Origin: Stegostoma tigrinum
Lineage: Eukaryota
Length of the DNA: 64,000 bases
Direction: 5' to 3'
NCBI RefSeq assembly: GCF_030684315.1
Contig: NC_081387.1
Span: 12,688,867 to 12,752,866 of the forward strand
This document shows positions 12,421 through 60,902 of this stretch, piece by piece (the stretch's first letter is position 1; each line of letters begins with the position of its first letter). The position numbers were made by a program, and so were the translations under genes. Under the pieces are notes generated by a model. That model made no database searches, was not told where the DNA came from, and saw only the letters and a program-made list of their open reading frames with translations.

Positions 12421-13645
12421 GACCGAGTAAAATGAAACAGGCTAAACAACTTTTTATTTCCCCAGAGTGCAGCCAATGCAGGATCAGCCACTTGAGAAAG
12501 GTTATCGAGCTAGAACATCACATTCAGTTTTCTCTCCACAGATGTTCCCGCAAACATTGAATATGTGCCAGATATTTGTTGATAATTGAGATATTTCCCG
12601 CCGAAAAATTTGTTTCTCAATCCACAGAAACTGACACTTTCCAATAAATTCAAATTTGCTCAACATGGCCTTATTCTGTCCTCCATTGTCAGTAAAAGCC
12701 AATCCAGGTGAAGCTCGAACTCATACTGGGTATTTCACAGGCCTCTACACTGTCACATAATGATCACACACTGACCCATTGCTCCACTGGACATGCGTTT
12801 CCCACATTATGTTCATCATTTAGAATGTACATAATGAATTTTCCATGGCAGGAATACTTGCCAAATAATGGGTGGAGATGTGGGAATGTCAGAGTGGGGT
12901 GAAACTTTGAAATTTGGTGGCCCAGAGGCTGTGGGAGGGTCAGTCACTGAGTCTGTTCAAGACTGAAATTTCAAAACATCACATGTTTAGGGAATAGTGC
13001 AGGAAAATATTGAAAATGAATTTTTCAAAAAGAAATGCAGCTTAACATCGGTTACTTCACCAGTTTGCTCACACAAGGCAGTAACCACTGCTGCAAATGA
13101 CCATATAATTCCAGTTTCCTCGCCCGGAACAAGAGAAAGTTAGTGGCCCAGCCGTGAAGATTCCACCAGAAATGGGGATGGCAATGAGTGCATGGAGCAG
13201 CTTTAATTGACATGGACGAAAGGTTACTGGGACATCAGGATTTGGGAAAACAACTTTAATCTAAAGCAGATAGTTTTTGGCAGCACAGATGTTTGTGGAT
13301 TGAGGGAGGATGTGTCAGTGAGTATGTCTCAGTTATAAAGAAAAATGCTACAAGTATTCAACCCGTAAAGAGAGATATCTGTGCAGGGAGAAATGGAGGT
13401 AATATTTTCGCTCTCTGAACTTTCTCATATGGTTGTCTGTGCACTCGGTTAAATTGCAGAATTTTTTCACTCGTTTCATATTATACAATTTTCTGCAAGC
13501 GCACACAGGCCAGTAATCTAAACTGGCAAAAAAAACGCGAATATACAATTATAGTAGGAACTGCCGATGGTAGAGAATCTGAGTTAACATGGCATGAAGC
13601 TGGATGAACACACAGCAGACCAAGCAACATCAGAGGAGCAGGAAA

Positions 13646-13678
13646 GTTGACGTTTCGGGTCGAGACCCTTCTTCAGAA
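13646..13678 (-). ncRNA. Minimal type I hammerhead ribozyme motif in a PLE terminus
   Basis: Minus strand reads ttCTGAAGAagggtc tc gaccc GAAAcGTCaac: CUGANGA core, stem II, GAAA, GUC triplet. The element is flanked by an aatatacaat duplication (13540-13549 / 13678-13687). Confidence 0.6.
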
Positions 13679-13992
13679 ATATACAATGTTGTGATTAGAC
13701 TCGAGTTTTCCTCACATTGTGGAGAAAAAGCAGGAAAGTGGAGTTGAGATTTTATACAACAGTAGTGATCTCACTGAACAGCTGAGCAGACTGGATAGAG
13801 TGAATGGCAGCTCCCTGAGGACAAATGTGTTTTCTTTGCCAGTGAAACTCACTGTATCACAAAATCGGGGCCAGTGAACTGAAGCAGTGACAGTGATGAA
13901 CTTTGCTGGCTGTCCATGTTGTGAATGTTACCATTGCTATTCATTTCTGCATTAACACCATAACTGCAGTGTGTAACTTCTAGCCATGGTGT

Positions 13993-14060
13993 GGACCTGT
14001 GGTGCAATAGGTAATGTGCCTGACTACAAATCTGGAGATTGTAGGTTCCTAACAGGCTCA
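13993..14060 (+). pseudogene. tRNA-Arg(ACG)-like pseudogene
   Basis: GGACCTGTGGTGCAATAGGTAATGTGCCTGACTACAAATCTGGAGATTGTAGGTTC aligns by eye to vertebrate tRNA-Arg-ACG (GGGCCAGTGGCGCAATGGATAACGCGTCTGACTACGGATCAGAAGATT..GGTTC). The anticodon has decayed to ACA and the T-loop carries a deletion. Confidence 0.7.
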
Positions 14061-14661
14061 AAAGATATTACATCGCCCAAATAATTTTTGTCCCTGCTAT
14101 GAAGTTGAAGTGACGTTTGAACTTCTGCAGAAACAGGAATGCTTTTACTATCTCCAATGACTGAAAATGTCCATCTCCAGTGACATTCTGGTAAATCTTT
14201 TCTGAACCCACTCTAGTTTAATATCATTCCTCTAACAGGGTGACCGAAACTGGACACGATACTCCACAAGAGGCCTCACCAACTACTCGCAAAGTGAAAC
14301 ATTGCCCTGTACTTTCACATATGTAGCAATAATAAAAAAAGATAGTAAGCACAAATCTTCAGCGCAGTAATTACTAAAGGTGTATGTGTGTGTGGGGGGG
14401 GGGGCGGGGGGTAAGAATAGAAGTGGGTGTTGGAAACAAATGGACAACCTCAGTATTAAAGTTTTCGGGTCAGAGAGAAGTCTCAGTTGTACTTAAGTGC
14501 TGAACTGGCCTCTTGAACCGTTGCAGTCCAGCATCTCTAGACGCTGGTTACAATATGGGAGGTACAGCGTAGAGTACACTGGTAGAAGGATGAACTTGTG
14601 TAGTGAGGTACCGTGACTTGCACTAGGAACAAGCTCCCTCGGAATGGAGTGGTTAAGAGTT

Positions 14662-14677
14662 GGCTCTGAAAAGAGCC
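14662..14677 (-). terminator. Histone 3' stem-loop of H2B
   Basis: Reverse complement GGCTCTTTTCAGAGCC, 55 nt after the stop. Confidence 0.92.
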
Positions 14678-14732
14678 GTTGTTTGATGTTGAGTAAAGAT
14701 CCGCCGTGTGTGTGTGTGCGCGCCTTCCCCCT

Positions 14733-15110
14733 TCACTTGGAGCTGGTGTACTTGGTGACCGCCTTGGTGCCCTCAGACACGGCGTGCTTAGCGAGCTCGC
14801 CGGGCACCAGCAGGCGGACGGCGGTCTGGATCTCCCGGGAGGACATGGTATGCCGCCTGCTGTAGTGAGCCAGGCGGGACGCCTCGCAAGCGATGCGGTC
14901 AAAGACGTCGTTGACGAACGAGTTCATAATACTCATGGCTTTGGAGGAGATTCCCGTGTCCGGGTGGACCTGCTTCAGCACCTTGTACACGTAGATACCG
15001 TAGCTCTCCCGGCGGGCCTTCTTGCGCCGCTTGTCGCCCTTGTGGTGCGACTTAGAGGCCGCCTTCTTAGCTCCTTTCTTGGCGATCACCTTGGTCCCGC
15101 TCTCCGGCAT
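14733..15110 (-). CDS. H2B: Histone H2B, divergent variant
   Basis: Intronless 125-aa ORF with [25 protein letters not shown]...[19 protein letters not shown], a stem-loop and an H2B-type promoter. Confidence 0.96.
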   Translation of the reverse strand: MPESGTKVIAKKGAKKAASKSHHKGDKRRKKARRESYGIYVYKVLKQVHPDTGISSKAMSIMNSFVNDVFDRIACEASRLAHYSRRHTMSSREIQTAVRLLVPGELAKHAVSEGTKAVTKYTSSK

Positions 15111-15208
15111 AGCGCCCGCTCGGCTCCAGCCTCCCGTCCCAGTGGCTCCACTCTTCCCACCGCTCTGTCTCGCACCCGAACTTGTGCTGCACAGCGCCGC
15201 CGCGCCGC

Positions 15209-15294
15209 TTTATATAGACCCCGTTATGCAAATGAAGGATCGGCGGTCGGACACCTGCTTCGATTTGCCGCTGGTAATACGGCGAGCCTATTGG
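15209..15294 (-). promoter_or_regulatory. H2B promoter: TATA, octamer, CCAAT
   Basis: TATATAAA (15209-15216 rc), octamer ATTTGCAT (15226-15233 rc) just upstream of TATA as in vertebrate H2B promoters, and CCAAT (15290-15294 rc). Confidence 0.88.
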
Positions 15295-15887
15295 CCCTTG
15301 GATCACGCATGCGTTTGCATGGCAATTGACCCCCGTTTACACACAGCCCCGACAACGCAGCGAGTCCGGTTATTCGCTGACTCCGCCTTCTGGAAACCAC
15401 CTCATATCGACGTTTGAGGATTTTCGGTGTTGGAGCTGAACATCTCAAACCCACAGTCAGCTTCGAGGAATTGAACAGTAAAGCAAATTAATCATTGCGG
15501 GTTCTGAGATAACAAGGCGTAGAGCTGGATGAACTCAGCAGGCCGAGGAGCAGGAAGGCCCATGTTTCGGGCTTAGGACCTTCTTCAGAAATGTTTACCC
15601 TGCTGCTATCTCTGTAATCATTCTGGAATCAATTATTTTTCAAATTGCGGAGTCTGGTATCTCATGTGAATCGTGGGGTGGAAAACAGCGGGAATCGAGT
15701 TTCAACTTACATTGCGATAGCATAGTCCTGGGCGCAATGAAACAGTCACTAGCTCCGTTTCTACTCTTTTAAAGAGAGATGCAAACAAAATCAAACCCCC
15801 AAATCACTCCTGCGAAGGGGACAATACCCAGACTAAAATTAGAGTAAGCGCAATCTACTTTTACAACAGAAAATTAAAACATTTTCC

Positions 15888-16085
15888 NNNNNNNNNNNNN
15901 NNNNNNNNNNNNNNNNNNNNNNNNNNNNNNNNNNNNNNNNNNNNNNNNNNNNNNNNNNNNNNNNNNNNNNNNNNNNNNNNNNNNNNNNNNNNNNNNNNNN
16001 NNNNNNNNNNNNNNNNNNNNNNNNNNNNNNNNNNNNNNNNNNNNNNNNNNNNNNNNNNNNNNNNNNNNNNNNNNNNNNNNNNNNN
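15888..16085. other. Assembly gap (198 N)
   Basis: Run of N, followed by a (GA)n microsatellite. Confidence 0.99.
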
Positions 16086-16420
16086 GAGTGTGTTTGTGAG
16101 AGAGAGAGAGAGAGAGAGAAGAAAGGGGTTTGTGGAAGGAGGAGAACCAAAAAAAAACAAAACTCTGTCCTCACCAGCTAAGTTGGAATGGAGAACTGCA
16201 GCTGTTGGTAATCTTGTTTTTAAAAAAAGGAAACGGAAATCTCCGGAGATCTACCGAGAGAAAACGCAGTTCACATTCAATTGTGACTGTAGTTTCTCGA
16301 CACGAAGCCACAGCCATTTTCTATTCCTTGATGCTGCCAGTTACTCCGCTGTTTATCTCATCATTAAAACATTTGACAACCGCAGATGAGATCAGATTCG
16401 GCTCGTGGATTTCTATGATC

Positions 16421-16640
16421 TGGGTGCGGTGGGTTAAGCACTGCTGCCTCACCGCACCAAGGTTCGCTCCACTATCCGCGTGGAGCTGCACATTCCCCCC
16501 AGGTCTGGCGCGGGTTGCCTTCGGGTGCTCCGGTTTCCTCCCACAGTACAAAGCTGCGCAGTTTAGGTGGAAACGGTTACGAAAGGGTGGGTCTGTGTGG
16601 GACGCTCTTCAATCGCTGTGGATTCAGAGCCAAATGGTCT
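16421..16640 (+). mobile_element. HE1/V-SINE-like SINE, diverged
   Basis: gcactgctgcctcac...gggtgctccggtttcctcccacagt core. Confidence 0.7.
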
Positions 16641-17150
16641 GTTCCCCAGAGAACAGGGGTTCCACCTTCAAAGGTGATAGCGAGGTGGAATACAAGTTGA
16701 TAACGCAGTTCTCAATTAAAGTGCTGTTGAGAGCCTAGTAAGGAGATGAATTGTAGTAAGGTAGCCCTACATGTCCACCCGAGTTGGGGGGTGGTGGGAT
16801 TTGCACAAGAGATTCACTAGTATGTTGTGTGGGACGGAGCATTTCAGCTCCGTGCTGAAGATTTACTGGGGAAACCCCTGGGGTCCAAAATGGAGGGGCA
16901 AAGACCAGGTGGATACAAGACACGGGCAGCGAAATTAAGTTTGGATGCTACCCGAAACTAATAAAGGAATGAACTTAGGCCAGAAACCACCGTAAGCTCC
17001 GCAAAAAGCTAAATTGACATCCAAGAAAAAGCGCTCCAAAACCCGACGACCGGAGCCATATTCGCCTCAGCTCAATATAGTCTTGACCAACGGATGTTTA
17101 AAATAAAGTGCATTTTTGCTTGGCTCGGTAATACCTTTGCTGATAGTAGT

Positions 17151-17166
17151 GGCTCTGAAAAGAGCC
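17151..17166 (-). terminator. Histone 3' stem-loop of the second H3
   Basis: Reverse complement GGCTCTTTTCAGAGCC followed by ACTA and cagcaaaggta. Confidence 0.92.
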
Positions 17167-17207
17167 GTTTGACTTGCTGTTTGTGGGGGACTGAAGAGGG
17201 TTCGAGC

Positions 17208-17633
<426 letters not shown>

Positions 17634-17672
17634 CTACCCCCGAAACTAAATACATGGCCCTTATGTCGCTCC

Positions 17673-17800
17673 ATTTATAGTGTCCTGGCGGCCGCCAGCA
17701 AGGACCCGATGCTGTCCAATTGGTCAAGTTGAACCCGCTTCCGATTGGCTCAGAAAATGCCACCACCGATTGGTCGGTATTGCGTATTGTGATTGGATTG
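17673..17800 (-). promoter_or_regulatory. Promoter of second H3: TATA and four CCAAT boxes
   Basis: Reverse complement CTATAAAT at about 17673-17680 and four ATTGG on the + strand; homologous to 5310-5500. Confidence 0.8.
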
Positions 17801-19357
17801 TTTCTCAATCCCGGAACTAACTCCCAAACCCGGGAATTTCAAATTTAACAACACAGTTCTGAAGAAGGGTCACCAAACCCAAAACGTTAACTCAGTTTTT
17901 TCCTTCACAGATGCTGCCAGACCTGCTGAGCTTTTCCAGCGACTTTGATTTTGTTCCAGATATACAGCATCTGCAGTTCTTTTAAGTTAAATTCAAATTT
18001 TACTTCAATTCAGTCTTTTCATTCATGTCACAGTCCCCAGACCCCCAGATACATTTTTTCTTTTAAGGAGCCTCCCCTTTGGCTTCCTGCAGAATCTTAG
18101 TTCCCGAGCCCAACTGACCATTCTCAGCGTCCACATTTAACAACGTTGGCATCAAGCATGTTCAACTGCTGGGGAATCACAGCCCAGGTTAACTCCATAA
18201 AAACCAAAAGAACTGCAGATGCTGCAAATCAGGCTTAAAAACAGTAGTTGCTGGAAAAGCTCAGCAGGTCTGGCAGCATCTGTGAAGAAAAAAATCAGAG
18301 TTAATGTTTCAGCTCTGGTGACCCTTCCTCAGAGCTCGGGACATCAGTTATGAAACATTAATTCTGATTTTTTTTTCCCACAGATGCTGCCAGACCTGCT
18401 GAAACATTCCAGCAACTTCTGTTTTTGTGCCAGCCTGACTCCACACTTTGCTAACAGACCTGCTGAGCATTTTAATGGCTGAGAGTTCCAAAATCTCACA
18501 ACCCACAGAGAGAGAAAAATCTCATCCCTGCACTTCTGTACATGTGACAATTTACCTCATTCTAATTCGAAAGGGTGACCTCTAATTTTAAAACTCACCC
18601 CCACCATCTCCCCAGCCCCCAGTTCTGACCAGCGGTTGGCAAGGGGACGTGGAAGCTGAATGTGAAAATGTTGACCCCAGAACAATGGAGGATCTCATAA
18701 GCGATGAAACTGGTGAAGACCTTCTGAGTCTCCAGCGGACCGGTGGGCAACAGTCAAGGGGAATATCAAGAGGTTCTTTAACCTCAAGGGTGTTCAGAAG
18801 GCATGACAGAGGTGGGAAAAACTGTCCAAACTTCAGAAAGGCAGGCAGAACCCAGTCCTGCTGCAGAAAATGAGGATTGATAACAAGGAGAATTTCCAGC
18901 CACCTGATGTTTCTTTGCAGTTACGTCGATTAGTCTGACCAGGCTGAGGGTAATTAGCCAAACAAGCAATCAGAAAGAAATGCTAATTATTGTATGAATA
19001 GGGAACATGGTTTACCATTCAGTCATTGCAATGCATCAACGAAAGTAATGCTCCAAAAAGCAAGGATTGTCTCAACATGAATCATTTGCATACGTTTGGA
19101 ATGGGGTTTTAGATAATTTGCAAAGAGAGTCCAAACTCTCCATGGAATTTCTGCCTCCTTTTATAATTGGAGAAGATTCCCAATTAATTCTGAGGAAATG
19201 TTATCGTTATGGAAGTGAGGATGATGTGATACAGGTTTGTGCAAAGAGTGAACGTTTGCATTACAGGGTGGATAGAGATATGGAAATCTGGTTTCAGGCC
19301 TGCCTCACATTTGTAAACTCAGCAGGGAAAGATTTGCTGGGACTGTCGCTGGTCCCT

Positions 19358-22179
19358 TCAGTGAGGCACAGCACAAACCAGGTGAGGTTTCGGGTTGGTG
19401 ACTAAGCCTATTCTCGGGCTGGTATCCAGGTCCGTCACACCTGGTGGGGACTGGAAGTGAAACTTCTGCAGCAGGGTGATGAAGAACAGGAAAAGCTCCA
19501 CTTTAGCCAACACCTCACCAGTGCACACCCTCCAACCTGAGAAAGAACAGGGCACCGTCAGTACCTCACCAACACACACAGTCCACACACAGACCACCAC
19601 CTTCCAAATGCCTATCTCTGAGGCCTACCCAGTGGTCACTCAAAGGCAAGCAATTTCATTCACAGCATTGTGTCTCTCCATTCCCGTACAGACTGAACTC
19701 AATCACTTGGAAAACATTTGGCTCTTCAAGCTCACTCCTCACTCAGTAACATCCTGGTTGATCTGTTCCTACACTCCACTATACCACACCTACCCCATAA
19801 TTTAGTTAGGAATTTAAATAGGATCCAAAACTCAGTCCTGAATCAACTCAATGACTGAACATTCACAGGTCGCTCAGGGTAGAGAATTCCAAAGACCCAC
19901 ACCACTCTGAGTCCTTATCCCTTTACTGTGAGACTATGACTAGTTCTAGAGCTGTCCATTTAGCGAGAACAATCTCCCAGCACGTCCCCTGTCCTGGGCC
20001 TGAAGAATTCTCAATATTTCAATGAGATTACTCCTCATTCTTCTTGTCATGAAGGAATATAGCACTGAGCCTTCTCCGTCCCTCCTCATTCTAGCAATCA
20101 GCTTAGTGACTCTCTCTAAGGTAACTTTACCCTTCCTTGGGTAAACAGACCAAGACTGTGCAGAGGTGTGGTCTCACCAAGCCCCAGTGTGATTGCAGGA
20201 CCTGTGATACATCCTGAGTTGAAGTAATTGACACTAATGGTTATAGCCTTCTTCTTTTGCATTCCTTTTCTTTATTCACTCATGGGACATGGGTGTCGCT
20301 GGCTTGCTTCAGCATTTATTTTCCGTCCCTTGTTGCCCTTTGAAAAGGTGGTAGTGAGCTGCCTTCTTGAACTCCTCCAAGCCACTCACCATCCTGACTG
20401 TAAGACAATAAGAAATAAGAACTGGAGCCGACCATTCAGCTCCTCAAGGCAGTTCTGCTCTTCAACAGGATTATGAGTCATCCCACATTCTTCACATCCA
20501 CTGCCCTGCCCTTTCCATATCCTCATTCCTTCAGTGTCACTGGGTCAAAATCACGGAATTCTTTCCCTAATAGCACCTGTCTGCAGCACATGGCCTGCAG
20601 CATTCATGAAGGCAGCCCACCACCACCTTCTCAAGGGGGCAGCTAGGGAGGGGCAATAAATTCTGGGCCCAGCCAGCAGTGCCCACGTCTCATGAATGAA
20701 GTAACAAACGGGGCAGCTCAACTCATGGTGAAATTTTGGAGGTTGCTACCAGATTTTTCTCAACAGTAAGTTGTGTCACTTCAGAAATTGACGTATTTTA
20801 GTGTTGGAACACGTGGTTACTTTTTCGACCAATTACCTGCGGAGAAAGGCAAGAAGGCATCTCTCTTCACAAAATTCCCATCAGCATCCAGGAAGTGAAC
20901 TGTGTTAAACTCGTGTGGTTTTTCCCATTGAGTTTTATCATACAGCACCGGGGTCAGTAAAGGAATAATGTAGGTTCCCTGAAAAACACGGAAAGCAATT
21001 CCGAATGTGTCACTGTGCCTGACTTCAATGGAGAGTGAGTCATGCAGGATGTGTAAACCCAGTGTTGTAGCCGATCCTGTTAGTTTCACTGGACACCTCA
21101 GGTTATAATTGGCCCGACCTTATTGTCAAATGTAATGTCTCACCCCCTCAATCAAAAATACACAATTCCTGACTCACTAATGTCCAAATTGTCATTTGGC
21201 CTGCAATGGAGGCTACATGGATTAGTGCACAGGAACCTGCTGTTTGCAACAGAACGAACATGTATACAGATTGTGCCTCTTTAACTCAATAAAATAGGTG
21301 ACTTCCAATCTCCAGTTCACTCCTCAGGGTAATTCCTTGACCAATTACGGTCAACTGGCTTCATTTAAACCTTAGATGGAGTTTGACAGTTAAGCACCAG
21401 TCATCATTAACCGGTGCATTTGCCTGAGCGTCTGCTAATTGGGCGACTGGCCAACCAATCAGCACTCTCCTTTCATGCGTTAAAAATAATGTTGCACTCT
21501 ACATACGCATTGCTCTGATCAGTGCAAGGTGCTCATAACGGGACTGAAGACCCGAGAGCACAGCTGTAAAGCATTTCGCAAACAAATATGATGTGAGATT
21601 TGAAATCAAACCTCTTCCCACAGTTAGTGCCTGGGATTGGAATGACATGTGGTACAGGCAGGTCCAAATGAGGCATTGAAGAGGGCATTAGATGATCATT
21701 TAAATAGAAACAATGGTTTATGGGAGAAAGGCAGGCGTTTGGCTCTGTCACAATGCTCAAGAGAGCCAGAACAGATGCGATGTGATGAATGGCCTCATTT
21801 TTCACTATCAGATTGTGTGATGAAAGCCTTTAACGATGTTATTTTTTAGAAATAGTCAACATTGAAATTCCCCTTTCTTTTAATTTACTTTTCTTTCAAA
21901 TTCCAATCATATTTTTAATTCAGAAAGTACCACATTGTTATTATCATTACAACAGTGGCACAAACTGAAATGTAAGCCTTTTTTAACTCATACCTTTGAA
22001 ATGAAATATCTTCTGAAACATGTCCTCGTTTGTTGAATGAGAAAGGTTCATGGGGTCGATGTTGGCAAACCTCTGGATCTCATGAATCACAGCAACAGTG
22101 TAGGGCATATGTCTCTGGTCTTCTGTTCTCGGAAATCGACCAGCTCCTATAACCTGATCAATTTCATCTTGAACTTTCT
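19358..22179 (-). pseudogene. CYP2-family partial pseudogene, exons 7-9 only (21994-22179, 20837-20978, 19358-19536)
   Basis: EIQR (ExxR), HFLDADGNF and FSAGWRVCTGE. Splice sites are intact, but exon 7 is 186 nt versus 188 nt in the intact gene (2-nt deletion, frameshift) and the heme loop has R>W. No exons 1-6 were found before 24604. Confidence 0.85.
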
Positions 22180-23589
22180 CTGAAATAGACAAAATAGACA
22201 AAGAACTTTGAATGGAGAAGCAGCATAGACAAACTGAAGCATAGAGCTTTGTCTTGTTCAACAACACAGAATGGGCACTGTCTGTTCTGTTGCCAGTACA
22301 CTCCCCTCTCAATACTTAGCTTCATCAGCTCTGACAGGCCTAGAAATCAAACTGTCCCAAACACATAAATGTTATGGTTCACTAATGAGGACAATTTGTC
22401 AACATATTTAAAGTAATTCAGTGGGAGCATGATAACTATTAATATTTATGACTCTCGAGACAAATTCAATTGAAAGTGCTTATTTGTTGAGACTAAATTT
22501 CCACATAATACATGCAGGACACGAAACTTGACAGGGACAGGATGATCCCAGGAGGGGCTTTTTGGGGCCATTCCCCAAAATACCCCATAAAGAGGTCAAA
22601 GATTTCAGCTTAATGATAGTTCTTGGCCTGTGGGTGGAGAAAATATTGCCCAAAGGCACTGAATTGTTTTTTTTTCTACCAATATCGCAAACACTTCTGA
22701 ACCAATGGCATCAAGATCAAAGGTTTTTAAAAAGTCACTCCGAGCTGCCCCGTCCTCTCTGCAGAAACCTGTTTATAGGAATAACTGTTCCCTTCAATCT
22801 ACACAAATCCTTTCTGCCGTCAGTCCCATTCGCAATCAGGCACTGATCCAAGTGAATCAGGCGGGCAGCCGGTTGGTCAGTTCTGTTGGATTCCTGATGT
22901 ATCTGAGGAAGTCTTTGTCTCTCTGACAGGGGCAAGAGATTCCTTTGTCAGAACTCCAATCGTTCAAGGCTCATCAATGTTCTGTCTTCTCATTCCGTGC
23001 TATTGGTTCCCCTTGACCACAATGATTTACAAGATTGGAGAGTTCACTGTGCAGCTACTGGGGTGTTCACTGGGTTTAAGCTAAGGCAAATTGGGACAAG
23101 TTGAATAATTCTCAAAACATGCCTGTGTAGATCCAGCTATGGAACTCAGTGCAGAAGTGAAAGGCTGCAACCAATGGGATCAGTGAGCAGGTGCAGGGGT
23201 ATGTCTGTAAAGCAATATGCACCTGACAGCGACAACCAGCCTGCTCTGTGCCACACTGTAAACAGGTTATGGCTCTGCTGTCCTTGTAGCATTTTCTCTG
23301 GTGCTTAATAATGCTCTTGCACTCTCAATCCAGGGCAGAGATGAAATACAGAATTTAAAATGTAGATTTAGGAGAAGTGCCAATCCTGTTTTTGCCTCTG
23401 TATGATTGTCACACTGGGCATTGTCCCGGAATCTGCAACGAAAGTTGTCTCCTCCAGGCCCGGAGCTGTCAGCTTGGGCTCAAGCTCAGAAAGACGCCAC
23501 TTTCTGGTTCGTGAATGATCAGCTCTTTCTGATATCAGCCAACGGAGGGGTTTCTGATTAAGATGGTCAATATGGTGCTGACCCTCGAG

Positions 23590-23880
23590 CTGATTCACCA
23601 TAGCTGGTCTATATCAGGGAGACCAAACGCAGACTCAATGACTGATTGACCAGTGACCAATCTCTACAACCCCATACCCGCATCCACCTATCACCATCCC
23701 GCCTACGATCAGCCAGCCTCACTCCCTCCTCCCTCTATGTATTTCTGAGCTGCCTTCCCCTTTCCCAGTCCTGATGAAGGGTCCTGGCCTGAAACCTTGA
23801 CTTGGCTGCAACCCTGACCTGCTGTGCTCCTCCAGCGCCACATTTCATCAACTCTGACTTCCAGCCTTGCCACCTCCTCG
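23590..23880 (+). mobile_element. PLE fragment (GIY-YIG remnant and 3' terminus)
   Basis: tatatcagggagaccaaacgcagactc (YIRETKRRL) and cctgatgaagggtcctggcctgaaac. Confidence 0.6.
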
Positions 23881-24603
23881 GCGTGGATACAGTTACAATG
23901 TTTAAATAGCATTTGGATGAGTACATGAGTAGGAAAAGTTTGGAGGGATATGGGCTAGGGTGGGACTAGTTTAGTTTGGGAAATGGATGGTTGGGCTGAA
24001 GGGTCTGTTTCCAGGCTGTATATCTCTGACTCGATCATTTGTGAAAGAAAAAAACCCTCAGCAGAATGTCTCTTTTACTAGCAACACTCAAGCCCTGTAC
24101 TATCAAGCAACAATTAATGCAAATAATCTTTAAGGTGTGATTCAGAACAGCAGACCTGTAGAGATATAATTTTCTGCTGCGCTACACGTGTATACGTTTA
24201 CTAGATATTCTCACTTTTCAGCGAAACAGTGTCCCAGGGAAAGGACTCATCATAAAAGCGTGCCAGGTACGACTGTCCCGACAAGCTCAGTTAGAGCCAG
24301 GTGTGAAAATTGACAACACTTTCTCTGAGTGGAATCTTGCTGTGCCTTAATATCATTCGCCCAGGGGTGTCCACTATCCAATGCCGTCCTGTACTTAGAA
24401 CTGAAGCTCCGGGGATGCGTACCGATCTGTTTAATTAATGACACAGCTCACGGGAAAGTGGGGGTTAAAGACATTCAGACGATTAAGGAAAATGAGGCGG
24501 TTCTTTGGCAGTAATTAAGTGGAAGGTTGGACTGAAGGACAACCCACACTATAACATCAGGACACAAGAGGCTCCGCTTAGTGTGTGTGGGCACTCGGAG
24601 ACG

Positions 24604-60320
<35,717 letters not shown>

Positions 60321-60749
60321 TGGCACCAGTGACAGTCCCAGCAAATCTTTCACTGCTCAGGTTATAAATGTGGGTTCTTGATTATCCTATCTCTAACTGA
60401 CCTGCTTGCATAATTCATAATTTCATCCTCCCGTCTCCCAAACAATCTCCCGCGACTGATAGCAATTCCAAGGAGAATTTTCTCCAGTTGTATAATGAAG
60501 CTCGAATCCCATTGATAGGTAAGATATAAGATATAGGACTACTTATATCTCAAACTGTTCAACTTAGCATTGAGTTAATAGGGTTATTGAAATGCATTGA
60601 AACTGATGCTTTGCAATCAATGAATGTTTAAGCCTTGTTCTCTAACAATAACCAACATTTTTCTCACCCCCCCAGTTTATGTTGGACCCTTACCTAAATG
60701 TAATAATGAAAACTGCCAGATTACTAATGGATGTGCTGATTAAAAATCT

Positions 60750-60755
60750 AATAAA
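60750..60755 (+). terminator. Candidate CYP2 polyadenylation signal
   Basis: AATAAA 430 nt after the stop, followed about 25 nt later by GU-rich gttgttattgg. Confidence 0.55.
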
Positions 60756-60902
60756 GACACTCTAACTTCAATACTCAAAAGTTGTTATTGGAAAGTGGAA
60801 GTCAGAGTGCAGAAGTGGATGGCGTGCAATACAGTTAGATAGCTCTTAGTATTTAGTCATTACCCTGTGGTGCTGCCTCACTGTTAACTGCGTGATTGCT
60901 AC

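Noticed and set aside
15839-16174. ORFs spanning the N run
   Set aside because: Artefacts of the assembly gap.
19358-22179. A second functional CYP2 gene
   Set aside because: 2-nt frameshift in exon 7, R>W in the heme loop, and no room for or trace of exons 1-6.
24425-24475. HNF1/HNF4-like sites in the CYP2 promoter
   Set aside because: Only partial consensus matches; cannot be supported by eye.
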